From an uncultured Clostridia bacterium (GTDB lineage: Bacteria; Bacillota; Clostridia; Christensenellales; UBA1242), in NCBI GenBank assembly GCA_934778215.1, contig CAKVOE010000002.1, forward strand, positions 287,590 through 351,589: a stretch of DNA of 64,000 bases, in the 5' to 3' direction. The notes under the pieces are model-generated. The model had not been told where the DNA came from, did not search any database, and saw only the letters and a list, made by a program, of their open reading frames with translations. Positions within the stretch are counted from its first letter, which is position 1. Every line of letters starts with the position of its first letter. Both the position numbers and the translations under genes were made by a program. Positions 18,236-26,796 of the stretch are shown piece after piece.

Positions 18236-20347
18236 ATGAACACAATTATTTATTACATTTGCATACCGTTAGGGTATTTAATGAAGTGGTGCTGGTGGCT
18301 AGTGTCTAACTATGGGCTAGCAATAATATTGTTTACACTTGCAACCAAGTTGGTATTGTTGCCACTATCTATTTGGATACAAAAAAATAGTATATTAATG
18401 GTAAAAATTCAGCCAGAAGTAAACTACCTAAAAGCAAATATGCAAGGAAACTTAGATGCAATTGCAGATGGGCAGAGCAAAATATTCAAAAAGGCAAAAT
18501 ACCACCCAATGCTTGCGGTGGTGCCACTAATTTTGCAAATAGTGTTATTATTAGGGGTTGTAGAAATTATTTATCACCCATTAACCTATTTGTTTGGCTT
18601 TTCTAATAGTGACATTATTGCACTAGCGCAGTTTGTAGGGGCAAACACAAATGAGTCGTCCTTTCAACTTACAATAATAGATGCGATAAAATCGGGAAGT
18701 ATTACAGCGGGTACCGTAGTAGAGGGCGTAAGTGCAGATACATTGTCTACCATAGTTACAAGCGTAACAAAGTTTGATATGAACTTTTTGGGTATGAATC
18801 TATCGGTTGTTCCAAGTGTTGTATTTGGCTGGTATTTATTGGTTCCAATATTTGCAGGGGCGTCATCATGGGTATTGTGTTTTACCCAAAACTGCTCTAA
18901 TGTATTACAGCACGAACAAAGCAACCTAAACAAATATGGAATTATGGCATTAAGCGTTGCACTTTCGTTATATTTAGGTTTTTTTGTTCCGTCTGGCATT
19001 GCACTATATTGGATAGCAAGCAATATATTTAGTGTAATTCAAATGTATTTGCTAAACATAGCAATTAATCCAAAAAAATATGTCGATTACGAAGACCTCG
19101 AAAGAAGCCGAGAAGCACTAAAAAAGGCAAAAGAATTCGGTAAGGTTGACACAAAAGACCCAAAATATAAAGAAGCAAAAAAACGAGAAAAGCAAGACTA
19201 CAAAGCCTTCAAAAGAATCGCAAACAAACACATTGTGTTCTATTCCGAAAAGAGCGGGTTTTATAAATATTTTAGCGGAATAATTGACGAGTTGTTAAAA
19301 AAGTCCAACCTAACCATTCATTATGTAACAAACGACTACAACGACCAAATATTCGAAATAGCAAAAACCGAACCTCGAATAAAGCCATATTACATCAGTT
19401 TAAAAAAGATGGTACTTTTAATGATGCTAGTAGAAACGGATATGTTTGTTATGACAACGCCAGATTTAAACAAATATTATCTAAAAAGGTCATTTATAAA
19501 AAACGATATAGAATATGTTTATGTTCCGCATGATATGATGAGTGTGCATATGGGCTTTAAAGAGGGTGCGTTAGATGCTTTTGATACAATTTTTTGTTCG
19601 GGTCCTCATGTAAAGCAAGAGGTTTTAAAAACCGAAGAAGTATACAAGTTAAAACCAAAAAAGTTGGTAGAATTTGGTTATCCGCTAGCAGATGAACTGG
19701 TAAAAAGGGGAGAAGAGGCCAACAAACAAAGAGATAAAACAAAAAGGGTAAAAGAAATTTTAATTGCACCAAGTTGGCAAGAAGACAATTTAATGGACTC
19801 ATGTTTAGACGACCTAATTAAACAACTTTATTGTGATGATTATCATATAATTGTACGACCACACCCCGAATATGTAAAAAGGTACAACTATCAGTTGCAA
19901 AAGATATTAGAAAAATACGCAGATTACGACAGCAACAAACTAACATTTGAACTAGATTTTACCAAAAATAAATCTATTTACTCTTCTGACCTGCTAATAA
20001 CAGATTGGTCGGGGGTAGGGCCAGAGTTCGCTTTTGCCACAACTCGCCCAGTGGTGTTTATAAACACATTAATGAAATGCCTAAATGAAAACTGGCAAAA
20101 AATCGGTTTAACGCCCGTAGAAATTTCTTTAAGAGATCAAATAGGTGTTAGCGTAAACAAAGAAGATATACCAACCATAAAAGCCACAATTCAAAAATTA
20201 TTTGATGAAGTTGATTTATATCACACAAAAATTGTTGACATTTTTAACAAATTTTTGTACAATCACGGTAAATCTAGCAAGGTTGGAGCAGATTATATTT
20301 TAAAGTCCTTAAAAGAAAAACAAATACAAAAGAAAAACAAAAATTAA
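18236..20347 (+). CDS. Fusion protein: YidC/Oxa1-type insertase domain (N-terminal) plus TagB/TagF-like CDP-glycerol glycerophosphotransferase domain (C-terminal)
   Basis: The N-terminus carries NYGLAIILFTLATKLVLLPLSIWIQKNS...IQPE and GIALYWIASNIFSVIQMYLLN (YidC). The C-terminus carries APSWQEDN, IVRPHPEY, LITDWSGVGPEFAF and RPVVFIN (Glyphos_transf-like). Confidence 0.65.
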   Translation: MNTIIYYICIPLGYLMKWCWWLVSNYGLAIILFTLATKLVLLPLSIWIQKNSILMVKIQPEVNYLKANMQGNLDAIADGQSKIFKKAKYHPMLAVVPLILQIVLLLGVVEIIYHPLTYLFGFSNSDIIALAQFVGANTNESSFQLTIIDAIKSGSITAGTVVEGVSADTLSTIVTSVTKFDMNFLGMNLSVVPSVVFGWYLLVPIFAGASSWVLCFTQNCSNVLQHEQSNLNKYGIMALSVALSLYLGFFVPSGIALYWIASNIFSVIQMYLLNIAINPKKYVDYEDLERSREALKKAKEFGKVDTKDPKYKEAKKREKQDYKAFKRIANKHIVFYSEKSGFYKYFSGIIDELLKKSNLTIHYVTNDYNDQIFEIAKTEPRIKPYYISLKKMVLLMMLVETDMFVMTTPDLNKYYLKRSFIKNDIEYVYVPHDMMSVHMGFKEGALDAFDTIFCSGPHVKQEVLKTEEVYKLKPKKLVEFGYPLADELVKRGEEANKQRDKTKRVKEILIAPSWQEDNLMDSCLDDLIKQLYCDDYHIIVRPHPEYVKRYNYQLQKILEKYADYDSNKLTFELDFTKNKSIYSSDLLITDWSGVGPEFAFATTRPVVFINTLMKCLNENWQKIGLTPVEISLRDQIGVSVNKEDIPTIKATIQKLFDEVDLYHTKIVDIFNKFLYNHGKSSKVGADYILKSLKEKQIQKKNKN

Positions 20348-20362
20348 AGGTAGGGTAAGTTT

Positions 20363-20749
20363 ATGACAAATTTAATTTCCACAATTCAAAATATGTGCTA
20401 CATTGACCCAGCGGCAACAAGCGTATTAATATCTTCAATTACCGCAATTGTAGTAGCATTAGGCGCAACATTTATTATTATTTGGAGAAAGATGAAAAGG
20501 GGAGTGCAAAAGACCCTACATATTGACGAAAATGCGGGTAAAGTTGTAGAAGATGACTTAGTTATACTAGACGAAGAAGCAACCGAAAACGGGGCAAAAA
20601 CCGAAACAAAAGAAGAAGCCCCAGCACCAAAAAAAGAAACTACAACCGCTAGCAAAGTAAAATCTTCTAGCACCAAAAAGCCAGCAAGTACCAAAAAACC
20701 AGCACAAGCCTCAACCAAAAAGCCAGCAAGCAAATCGGCAAAAAAGTAA
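20363..20749 (+). CDS. Single-pass membrane protein with a Lys/Ser/Thr/Pro-rich disordered tail
   Basis: It lies 15 nt after the upstream gene on the same strand. One TM helix is followed by the tail ...KKPASTKKPAQASTKKPASKSAKK. Confidence 0.5.
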   Translation: MTNLISTIQNMCYIDPAATSVLISSITAIVVALGATFIIIWRKMKRGVQKTLHIDENAGKVVEDDLVILDEEATENGAKTETKEEAPAPKKETTTASKVKSSSTKKPASTKKPAQASTKKPASKSAKK

Positions 20750-20941
20750 CTAACGCATTGAGTTTTGTAAAGCAAAAAAACAGTGCATGGCATATAATTA
20801 CAACAAAAACTAAATGAGTGAAAAGGTTTATAATCAATGCAAAAACCAACTAAAAAAAGCCCCAAAAGCAATTTTGCTTTTGGGACTTTAATTTTTATTT
20901 TAAATTAAAGGTAAAGACCAAAATGATTATTAAAAATTAAT

Positions 20942-21784
20942 TTAAAGTTTATATCTTGCACCGCAGTTTGGGCAAGAGGGAGAACCCTTTTTTATACTTG
21001 CGCCACAATAATCGCAGGTGGTAAGAGAATCGCTTTCTGGGGTGGTGTTTCCACTAGGAGTGGCTTGGGTGTTTGCTTCTACAAAGTCGGCATTCTTCTT
21101 TTGCTTTCCCTTAAAGAATAATATTACAAAAACAATTACGCAAATTCCTATTGCAACATAACAGCAAATGTAGATTATGCGTACAGAGTTTAGTCTTTTT
21201 ACGGCATTTATGTAGTCGCCATCATCTTTTAGTTCAAAGTTTTTGTAATCCATAGGAACGGAGTCTGAAAGTATGGTTGTATTTTCTGAATCTACCGCAA
21301 GTTTTATTATTTCGCCTTCATGTGGGGCTTCGCTTCGAGAGTTGTATACCTTAAAACTAAAACCGTTATCTACTACTTCACCATTTGAAGCGGTAAATTT
21401 ATAATCAAAAGCCCATTTGCCACTGCCATTAGTGTCTTGCCAAACGCTAATAACCTCGCCATCTACGACTAGGTTTTCGTTTTGTTCTGCCCGTTCAATC
21501 ATTGCAACGTAGCCCGCACGGTCGTTTTCAATGTAGGAAATTTTGCTTTTTATTGCTTTTAGTGAAGACCCGCTCGAAAAAGCAAATACTACGGCAAAAA
21601 TACATAAAGTAAATAATATAGAAAATACATTTTGTACGCCTGTGCCAAAATAAAAAAGGGAGGGTCCTATATGAAAACGTATTGGTCGGCGAGGGGTAGA
21701 ACGACCTCCGCCGGAACTGCTACTTCTACTGCTTCCGCTAGAAGAACTATGGCTTCCGCCATAACCATGACTACCTGATGGCAT
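20942..21784 (-). CDS. Two-pass membrane protein with a Gly/Ser-rich N-terminus and a C-terminal zinc ribbon
   Basis: An AAGGAG RBS is present. The N-terminus reads GSHGYGGSHSSSSGSSRSSSSGGG. A beta-rich domain sits between the two TM helices, and the protein ends CDYCG...CPNCG. Confidence 0.5.
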   Translation of the reverse strand: MPSGSHGYGGSHSSSSGSSRSSSSGGGRSTPRRPIRFHIGPSLFYFGTGVQNVFSILFTLCIFAVVFAFSSGSSLKAIKSKISYIENDRAGYVAMIERAEQNENLVVDGEVISVWQDTNGSGKWAFDYKFTASNGEVVDNGFSFKVYNSRSEAPHEGEIIKLAVDSENTTILSDSVPMDYKNFELKDDGDYINAVKRLNSVRIIYICCYVAIGICVIVFVILFFKGKQKKNADFVEANTQATPSGNTTPESDSLTTCDYCGASIKKGSPSCPNCGARYKL

Positions 21785-21873
21785 AATAAAAACTCCTTAT
21801 ATATAAAGTATGCTAATTATACCACGGTGGTAAAAATTTGTAAATAAAATATTTATCAAAATGCTTATTTTGT

Positions 21874-21903
21874 CAAAAAAAAGCCCGAATAAACATTCGG
21901 GCT
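21874..21903 (-). terminator. Rho-independent terminator
   Basis: The stem AGCCCGAAT / ATTCGGGCT is followed on the minus strand by an 8-T run, directly after the stop at 21909. Confidence 0.6.
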
Positions 21904-21908
21904 TTGTG

Positions 21909-22463
21909 CTATTTAAACTTTTTTGTTTTGGTTGAAGAAGACTTTTTTGCGGTGGTTTTTTTAGGCTTGTCTTCTACCGCATCGGCAATAGATTTAACCT
22001 TTGGGGCACGCTTAGAAGCGGTAGCCTTTGGGGTTTCGGTTGCGGGTAACGATTGGGTGGTGGTTGTAGTTTCTATTGTGGTAGTAGAGGTTTCAGATGG
22101 GCTTACAACCCTTTTATGTGTAGTAGTTTTTACCGTCTTTTTTGCAACACCGCCATTATCGGTTTGTGTGGTTGTGGTGGTTTTTATTTCTTCCACTACT
22201 GGGGTTTTGGCATTGGTGCTATTTGTTTCGGTTTCGGTTTCGGTTTCGGTTTCGGTTTTAGTGCTTGCTTGCGTTTTGTCGGACTCTTCATCTTCGCCCT
22301 TTCTAGGCTTTTTTGAGCAAGCAACAATCAAAAATATTGCAGTTACTAACAATATTACAATTACACCAATGGTTGCCCAAACCAACCAATCGGGAGTTTT
22401 TAGTGCGTCAGTCATGGCGTCTTTTAATGAATCGTATGTGGCAAGTAAAAATCTATTAAACAT
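21909..22463 (-). CDS. Single-pass membrane protein with a Thr/Glu/Lys-rich disordered tail
   Basis: I prefer the ATG at 22463 (MFNRF...), preceded by AAGGAG. One TM helix is followed by TETETETETE and T-rich tracts, and the protein ends in a K-rich tail. Confidence 0.55.
   Translation of the reverse strand: MFNRFLLATYDSLKDAMTDALKTPDWLVWATIGVIVILLVTAIFLIVACSKKPRKGEDEESDKTQASTKTETETETETETNSTNAKTPVVEEIKTTTTTQTDNGGVAKKTVKTTTHKRVVSPSETSTTTIETTTTTQSLPATETPKATASKRAPKVKSIADAVEDKPKKTTAKKSSSTKTKKFK
22225..22254. repeat. Perfect hexanucleotide tandem repeat (GTTTCG x5, 6th copy imperfect) encoding (Thr-Glu)n on the minus strand
   Basis: Read directly from the sequence at 22225-22260. Confidence 0.9.
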
Positions 22464-22694
22464 ATATTTCTCCTTCATCATCTTATTTTATTTTATTATA
22501 TACCAACATTTAAAATTAGTCAATAATAAGACAAAAAAATAATTTAAGAAATATAAATTTATAAAATCTATTTATCTAGGGCTGGGCGTTTTATTTGTGG
22601 CACACCTTTTAAAGCTCTAAGGGCAATAATTAAACTCAAAAAACACAAAATAAAAAGCATTAGGAATTTATGCTTTTTCCTAATGCTATTTACC

Positions 22695-23027
22695 TTATAC
22701 AACCAAAGGAACAATAATGCCTAGTATTACTACAAGTAGACATACCAAAAACAATACCTTCCAAACAGTTTGCTTTTTTGCTACATATCTCCAAGCAAGA
22801 ACACTTGCAAGTACAATAAGCATAGCGGTTGCAACGCCTTGAAGAGCGCTGATAACCTTTAAATTAACTCCGCAAGCACCCAGAATGGTAGACACAAGGT
22901 ACAAAATTGCAACAGCACAAACGGTATAAAAGGCAATTTTGTTAACGCTTATTCCTGTTGAGTGTCTTGAAGAACTTGAAGTGCTAGAAGAACTAGAACT
23001 TTTTTTGGTTTGAGTAGAATTTGCCAT
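22695..23027 (-). CDS. Small 3-TM membrane protein with a poly-Ser N-terminus
   Basis: An AAGGAG RBS is present. The N-terminus is KKSSSSSSTSSSSRHS, followed by three hydrophobic helices. Confidence 0.5.
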   Translation of the reverse strand: MANSTQTKKSSSSSSTSSSSRHSTGISVNKIAFYTVCAVAILYLVSTILGACGVNLKVISALQGVATAMLIVLASVLAWRYVAKKQTVWKVLFLVCLLVVILGIIVPLVV

Positions 23028-23145
23028 ATATTTTTCTCCTTATAAAATTTCAGATAAAGTTTATTACAAAATATGCAAACTGTCAAAGGTTTTTAACAAA
23101 GTTTTTAATATAATTACGACAAATGGGGTTTTAAAGGGCGGGGTA

Positions 23146-23174
23146 TTGACAAAATGGGGTTTATCTGTTATAAT
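23146..23174 (+). promoter_or_regulatory. Consensus sigma-70 promoter
   Basis: TTGACA, 17 nt spacer, TATAAT. GAGGGGG and the ATG at 23200 follow. Confidence 0.6.
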
Positions 23175-23199
23175 ACTAACAACAAAGAGGGGGAATAGT

Positions 23200-23997
23200 A
23201 TGGATATTTTCAAATGGCTTTCGGGAGAAAGAACAAAAAGAAAGTTTTCTAAAGAAATAGATTACGCAACCGATGTTTATAATGCGTTACCAGACGATGT
23301 AAAAGGTAGACTTGCCATAAAAGTTTTTGGTGTGATGGACAAAAAGGGCTGGAAGAATGATTTTCATGTTCGTAACCAGTTTAACCCACAAGCAAGCGAA
23401 CAGCACAAAATTGTAGAAGATAACATAATTTCTACCATTTCGGTGGTATTAAGCACTTGCAGTGTACCAGAAAAAATTAAGGCATTAAAACATTTTGCAG
23501 TAAAAGATGATTTAGATATTTACAAACTTATAAGACAAACCGATGAACAACTAAATAGACCCAAAAATGGCTCATTTTATGATGCAGTAAGGTTTTATAA
23601 CAGACACAAAGGCGAAATAGCATTACAAAGACATCAAATAAAGGTAGCGTTTTTGCAAAGAGAAGAGCAACAAAGGCGTGCTTCATTAAAATATGAAATA
23701 AATGATTATTTTTATTTAAGCAACAGACAAATTGATAATAAAGACGCCGAAAGAGCGAGTATTGCACGAACAATAGATAGTTACGGTTCTATGCAAAAAA
23801 GAGGCATTATCAAAAAATTAAGACACATGCATTATGCAAATATGGCAACACACGAAATTTTAACTACTTACCGTGATGAAATATCAAATTTTAGCGAAAG
23901 AGATATTTACAAACTTGCAAACGGTGTAGCATTAGATAATTTCGTAAGAGCAGAAAATAGTATAGGAGCCAAAGAGAGCGAAATAGTTGCAGAATAA
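23200..23997 (+). CDS. Hypothetical protein, no family recognised
   Basis: The ORF is 265 codons long with an RBS and the consensus promoter above, and a terminator follows it. The ORF-track TTG start at 23146 is actually the -35 box. Confidence 0.55.
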   Translation: MDIFKWLSGERTKRKFSKEIDYATDVYNALPDDVKGRLAIKVFGVMDKKGWKNDFHVRNQFNPQASEQHKIVEDNIISTISVVLSTCSVPEKIKALKHFAVKDDLDIYKLIRQTDEQLNRPKNGSFYDAVRFYNRHKGEIALQRHQIKVAFLQREEQQRRASLKYEINDYFYLSNRQIDNKDAERASIARTIDSYGSMQKRGIIKKLRHMHYANMATHEILTTYRDEISNFSERDIYKLANGVALDNFVRAENSIGAKESEIVAE

Positions 23998-24001
23998 TAA
24001 C

Positions 24002-24036
24002 AAAACTCATAGAAAATTTTATTCTATGAGTTTTTT
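24002..24036 (+). terminator. Rho-independent terminator
   Basis: The stem AAACTCATAGAA / TTCTATGAGTTT is followed by a T-run. Confidence 0.6.
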
Positions 24037-24083
24037 GTTGTAAAAAATAAAAAAATAAACTAAACTAAGTTTAAGGAGTAGTT

Positions 24084-24281
24084 ATGAAGGTAGAATTTAA
24101 TAAAGATAAAACGGTGGTAGAACATATTCAAAAAGGTTTGCAGAAGACGGGCGGGTATTGTCCGTGCAAGGCAGGCAAAAAAGAAGAAAACAAGTGTATG
24201 TGCAAGGAGTTTCGTGACCAAATTGCCGACCCCAATTTTGAGGGCTATTGCTATTGTGGATTATATTACAAATTTAAGTAA
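24084..24281 (+). CDS. Small Cys-rich protein resembling the ferredoxin-thioredoxin reductase catalytic (FeThRed_B) domain
   Basis: An AAGGAG RBS is present. There are three CxC pairs (CPC, CMC, CYC) in 65 aa, as in FTR catalytic subunits. Confidence 0.4.
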   Translation: MKVEFNKDKTVVEHIQKGLQKTGGYCPCKAGKKEENKCMCKEFRDQIADPNFEGYCYCGLYYKFK

Positions 24282-24364
24282 ACAAAAAAATATATAAAAG
24301 TGTCACAAAAAACCTAATTTTTTTTAGTAAGCCCAAAATTGCTATATCGTTTAACAAGCCCAAA

Positions 24365-24973
24365 TTATCCTTTTATTGCCGAAAGGAGTTTATAATACAA
24401 CGCTTCGTCAATATCCACATTTAAACGCTTGTCAAACTTATGAAACAACCTTATTAGTTTAGAAGGGAAGTTTTTGTTGTCAGAAAACTCTAAGTTTAAT
24501 ATTTTAACCTTTAATTGTTCATAGTAATCTACAAAAATGTCGTGGGCATCGTTTATGGCGTTAAAAAGAGTTGTTGCTTCATTTAAAAGGGTGCGAAACA
24601 TATTGTTACAGCGTTCGGTAGGGGTGTTACGGCACTCGTAGTCAATATGCTTATAAAAGGCAACGGTAAGGTTATATAGAGTATTCGAAAGATTGACATC
24701 ATTATTATAGTTGTTGGTTATAATAGAAATAACTTCCATATATTTTTTTTCTTTTAGCAGGTTTTTGTTTGCAAAAAAATCCATCATTTCGGTAAGTTCT
24801 ACCAAATAATCGTTGGCGTGTTTTAATATTAGCGATGCTTTTGTGCTTGCATGGTCAAGTTTTTCAAACATAGAGCAAACTACATCTTCTGAGGTGGTTA
24901 ACCGGCTGTTTGCAATTTTTTTGTTTGTTTGGTCGCTCAAAATTAGCAGGGGGTTAGAGATATCAATCTTCAT
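24365..24973 (-). CDS. Hypothetical protein, no family recognised
   Basis: I prefer the internal ATG at 24973 (MKIDISNP...). The 41 upstream codons of the ORF-track version look non-coding. Confidence 0.45.
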   Translation of the reverse strand: MKIDISNPLLILSDQTNKKIANSRLTTSEDVVCSMFEKLDHASTKASLILKHANDYLVELTEMMDFFANKNLLKEKKYMEVISIITNNYNNDVNLSNTLYNLTVAFYKHIDYECRNTPTERCNNMFRTLLNEATTLFNAINDAHDIFVDYYEQLKVKILNLEFSDNKNFPSKLIRLFHKFDKRLNVDIDEALYYKLLSAIKG

Positions 24974-25147
24974 AGGTATACCTTTATTTTTATTCTTAAA
25001 GATATTACCACATACAAAAAAATTCGTCAAGCACAAATGGCGTGTTAGAAGTGTCGAATAATGTCGAATAAATATAAATAGGTATAAAACTTGCAAAATC
25101 TTGATAAATGTGTTAAAATATTATAAACCAAAAGAAGGAGTTTTGAT

Positions 25148-25996
25148 ATGTCAAACAATGAAAATTCTAATTTAAACGACCAAGAGTTGCCAGAATTAGA
25201 CTCACAAGATGCGAGGTTTTCATTACAAAAAGACTTGAGTATAATAAAAAGAAAATACAAAAGTGCCGAAAAAAGAGTTGGTCATATATCTAACGCTTTG
25301 GCAAAAAAACTATCAAAAACTGGCAGAAAGTTATCTTCAAAAAACAAGTCTATAATGGTACAAATTTTTCAAACGGCATCGGGCGAAAAACAAAAAAACT
25401 TTCAGCGTGATTTATTAAAGGTGGTTTCTACAAACGCCGACCTTGCAAAGCTTTTGGGCGCTTACCGAAATTTTATTTTTGACAACACCACGGTGGTAAA
25501 ACTAGACGACATTCATACAGAAGATGAGGTTGTTATTGACGGGCTTAGATATGTTCCAAATACAAAAATAGAAGACGAAATTATAAACCAAATAACAACG
25601 GTGCTTGCACAAAAGAAGTTTAATTCGCCACCTTATACCCAAATGCTTTACGACCAATTTAAAAATGAACGCAAGACCAAAATAAATCAAAAAGAAGGAC
25701 AAACAAACGGCGAAACGGTAAGAGTTAACTTTTACAAAAATGAAAATCAATATATAGAAGGGCTACTATTTAAAGCGTCCGCTGTTTACAATAATAACAA
25801 AGGCAAATTAAAGGTTGCAGTGCAAAAGTCGCAGGCAAAAGCAGGGGAAAATGGTACGGAGTCTACTGATTCTGTACCAAACAAAAAAGATAGTGGCGTT
25901 ATTACCCCTCGCACAAAAACTATAGAAGAAAAAGCGAAAGAAAACTATTTAAATATGCTTACCGAATACGAAAGAAATTATTGGCAAGAAAGATAG
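25148..25996 (+). CDS. Hypothetical Lys-rich protein, no family recognised
   Basis: A GAAGGAG RBS precedes 282 codons. A terminator-like hairpin (AACCCACAA...TTGTGGGTT) follows. Confidence 0.5.
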   Translation: MSNNENSNLNDQELPELDSQDARFSLQKDLSIIKRKYKSAEKRVGHISNALAKKLSKTGRKLSSKNKSIMVQIFQTASGEKQKNFQRDLLKVVSTNADLAKLLGAYRNFIFDNTTVVKLDDIHTEDEVVIDGLRYVPNTKIEDEIINQITTVLAQKKFNSPPYTQMLYDQFKNERKTKINQKEGQTNGETVRVNFYKNENQYIEGLLFKASAVYNNNKGKLKVAVQKSQAKAGENGTESTDSVPNKKDSGVITPRTKTIEEKAKENYLNMLTEYERNYWQER

Positions 25997-26102
25997 TTCG
26001 CAATTATTACTAAAACCCCAAAAACTTATTTTTGGAATAAAAGAACACAGAAACCCACAACTAATTGTGGGTTTTTTGCTATAATTTTTTATTTATACAA
26101 AT

Positions 26103-26657
26103 TTAAAAATCTTTTTCGGGTAGGGCAATTGTTTCGTTGTTTTTTTCTGTTTGGCGGTCTTTGTAAATTAATATTGATGAGAATATTATGCAAACAAATT
26201 CATTTATCATATTTATATAACCAGAGTACAAGGCGTTGTAGCCTATGGTAAAAATATTTGACGCTACCGAAAAATATCTGAAAACTCTTACGTCATGTTG
26301 CCACGCCCCATAGGTAAAGGTTAATCCTTTTAGGGCAACCAAAGAGTATTCAAACCAGTTGCCATTAAAACCTACAAAACTTACACCAATAAATAGCAAA
26401 GAAAAAATAATAATATCGGCTAGCTTTTTGTGAATACCCTTTTTTGCATATATATAAAACACAAAGGTTCTAACAACAGACAAAATGGTGCAAGCAAGCC
26501 CCATATATGCCGAAAGCAACCAAAGGCTAATGCAAATAAAAATGTTTGAAAGCATATTGTAAAAAAGTGTTTTGTGTTGATTAGAAAAAAGCCTACCCGA
26601 TGTGTTTATAATTAGTGCTACCAAACTAAAAAGTTGGGCACAAACAAATTTTGTCAT
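26103..26657 (-). CDS. Polytopic membrane protein (YgjV-like?)
   Basis: I prefer the ATG at 26657 after AGGAG. A TTGTAG-17-TATAAT promoter would lie inside the longer ORF-track version. The protein is about 184 aa with 5-6 TM helices. Confidence 0.4.
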   Translation of the reverse strand: MTKFVCAQLFSLVALIINTSGRLFSNQHKTLFYNMLSNIFICISLWLLSAYMGLACTILSVVRTFVFYIYAKKGIHKKLADIIIFSLLFIGVSFVGFNGNWFEYSLVALKGLTFTYGAWQHDVRVFRYFSVASNIFTIGYNALYSGYINMINEFVCIIFSSILIYKDRQTEKNNETIALPEKDF

Positions 26658-26796
26658 AACTACTCCTATTAGCATATTATACCAAATTAAGAAAGCACCT
26701 ACAAATATTTTTTGTAAATAATATTTCAAATTATAAATAAATTTATTTTGTAAAGGTTTTTTATTTTGCTATACTAAATGCGTAAAGGAGATAGTT

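Noticed and set aside
20398-20871. 157-aa minus-strand ORF antisense to 20363-20749
   Set aside because: It is a shadow of the K/S/T/P low-complexity tract. The plus-strand gene is co-oriented with, and tightly spaced after, the upstream operon.
22225-22260. Short tandem repeat considered as a CRISPR-like or regulatory array
   Set aside because: The unit is 6 nt with no spacers, and it lies in frame inside a coding region. No CRISPR array or cas gene was seen anywhere in the window.
21904-22542. 212-aa plus-strand ORF, Val-rich (VVVV, SVSVSVSV)
   Set aside because: It mirrors the Thr/Glu/Lys-rich minus-strand gene 21909-22463, which has an AAGGAG RBS and a terminator. This ORF has no RBS and its composition is implausible.
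23146-23199. N-terminal extensions given by the ORF track (TTG starts at 23146 and likewise at 28289)
   Set aside because: In both cases the TTG is the first triplet of a TTGACA -35 box with a correctly spaced -10. A better ATG with an RBS lies downstream.
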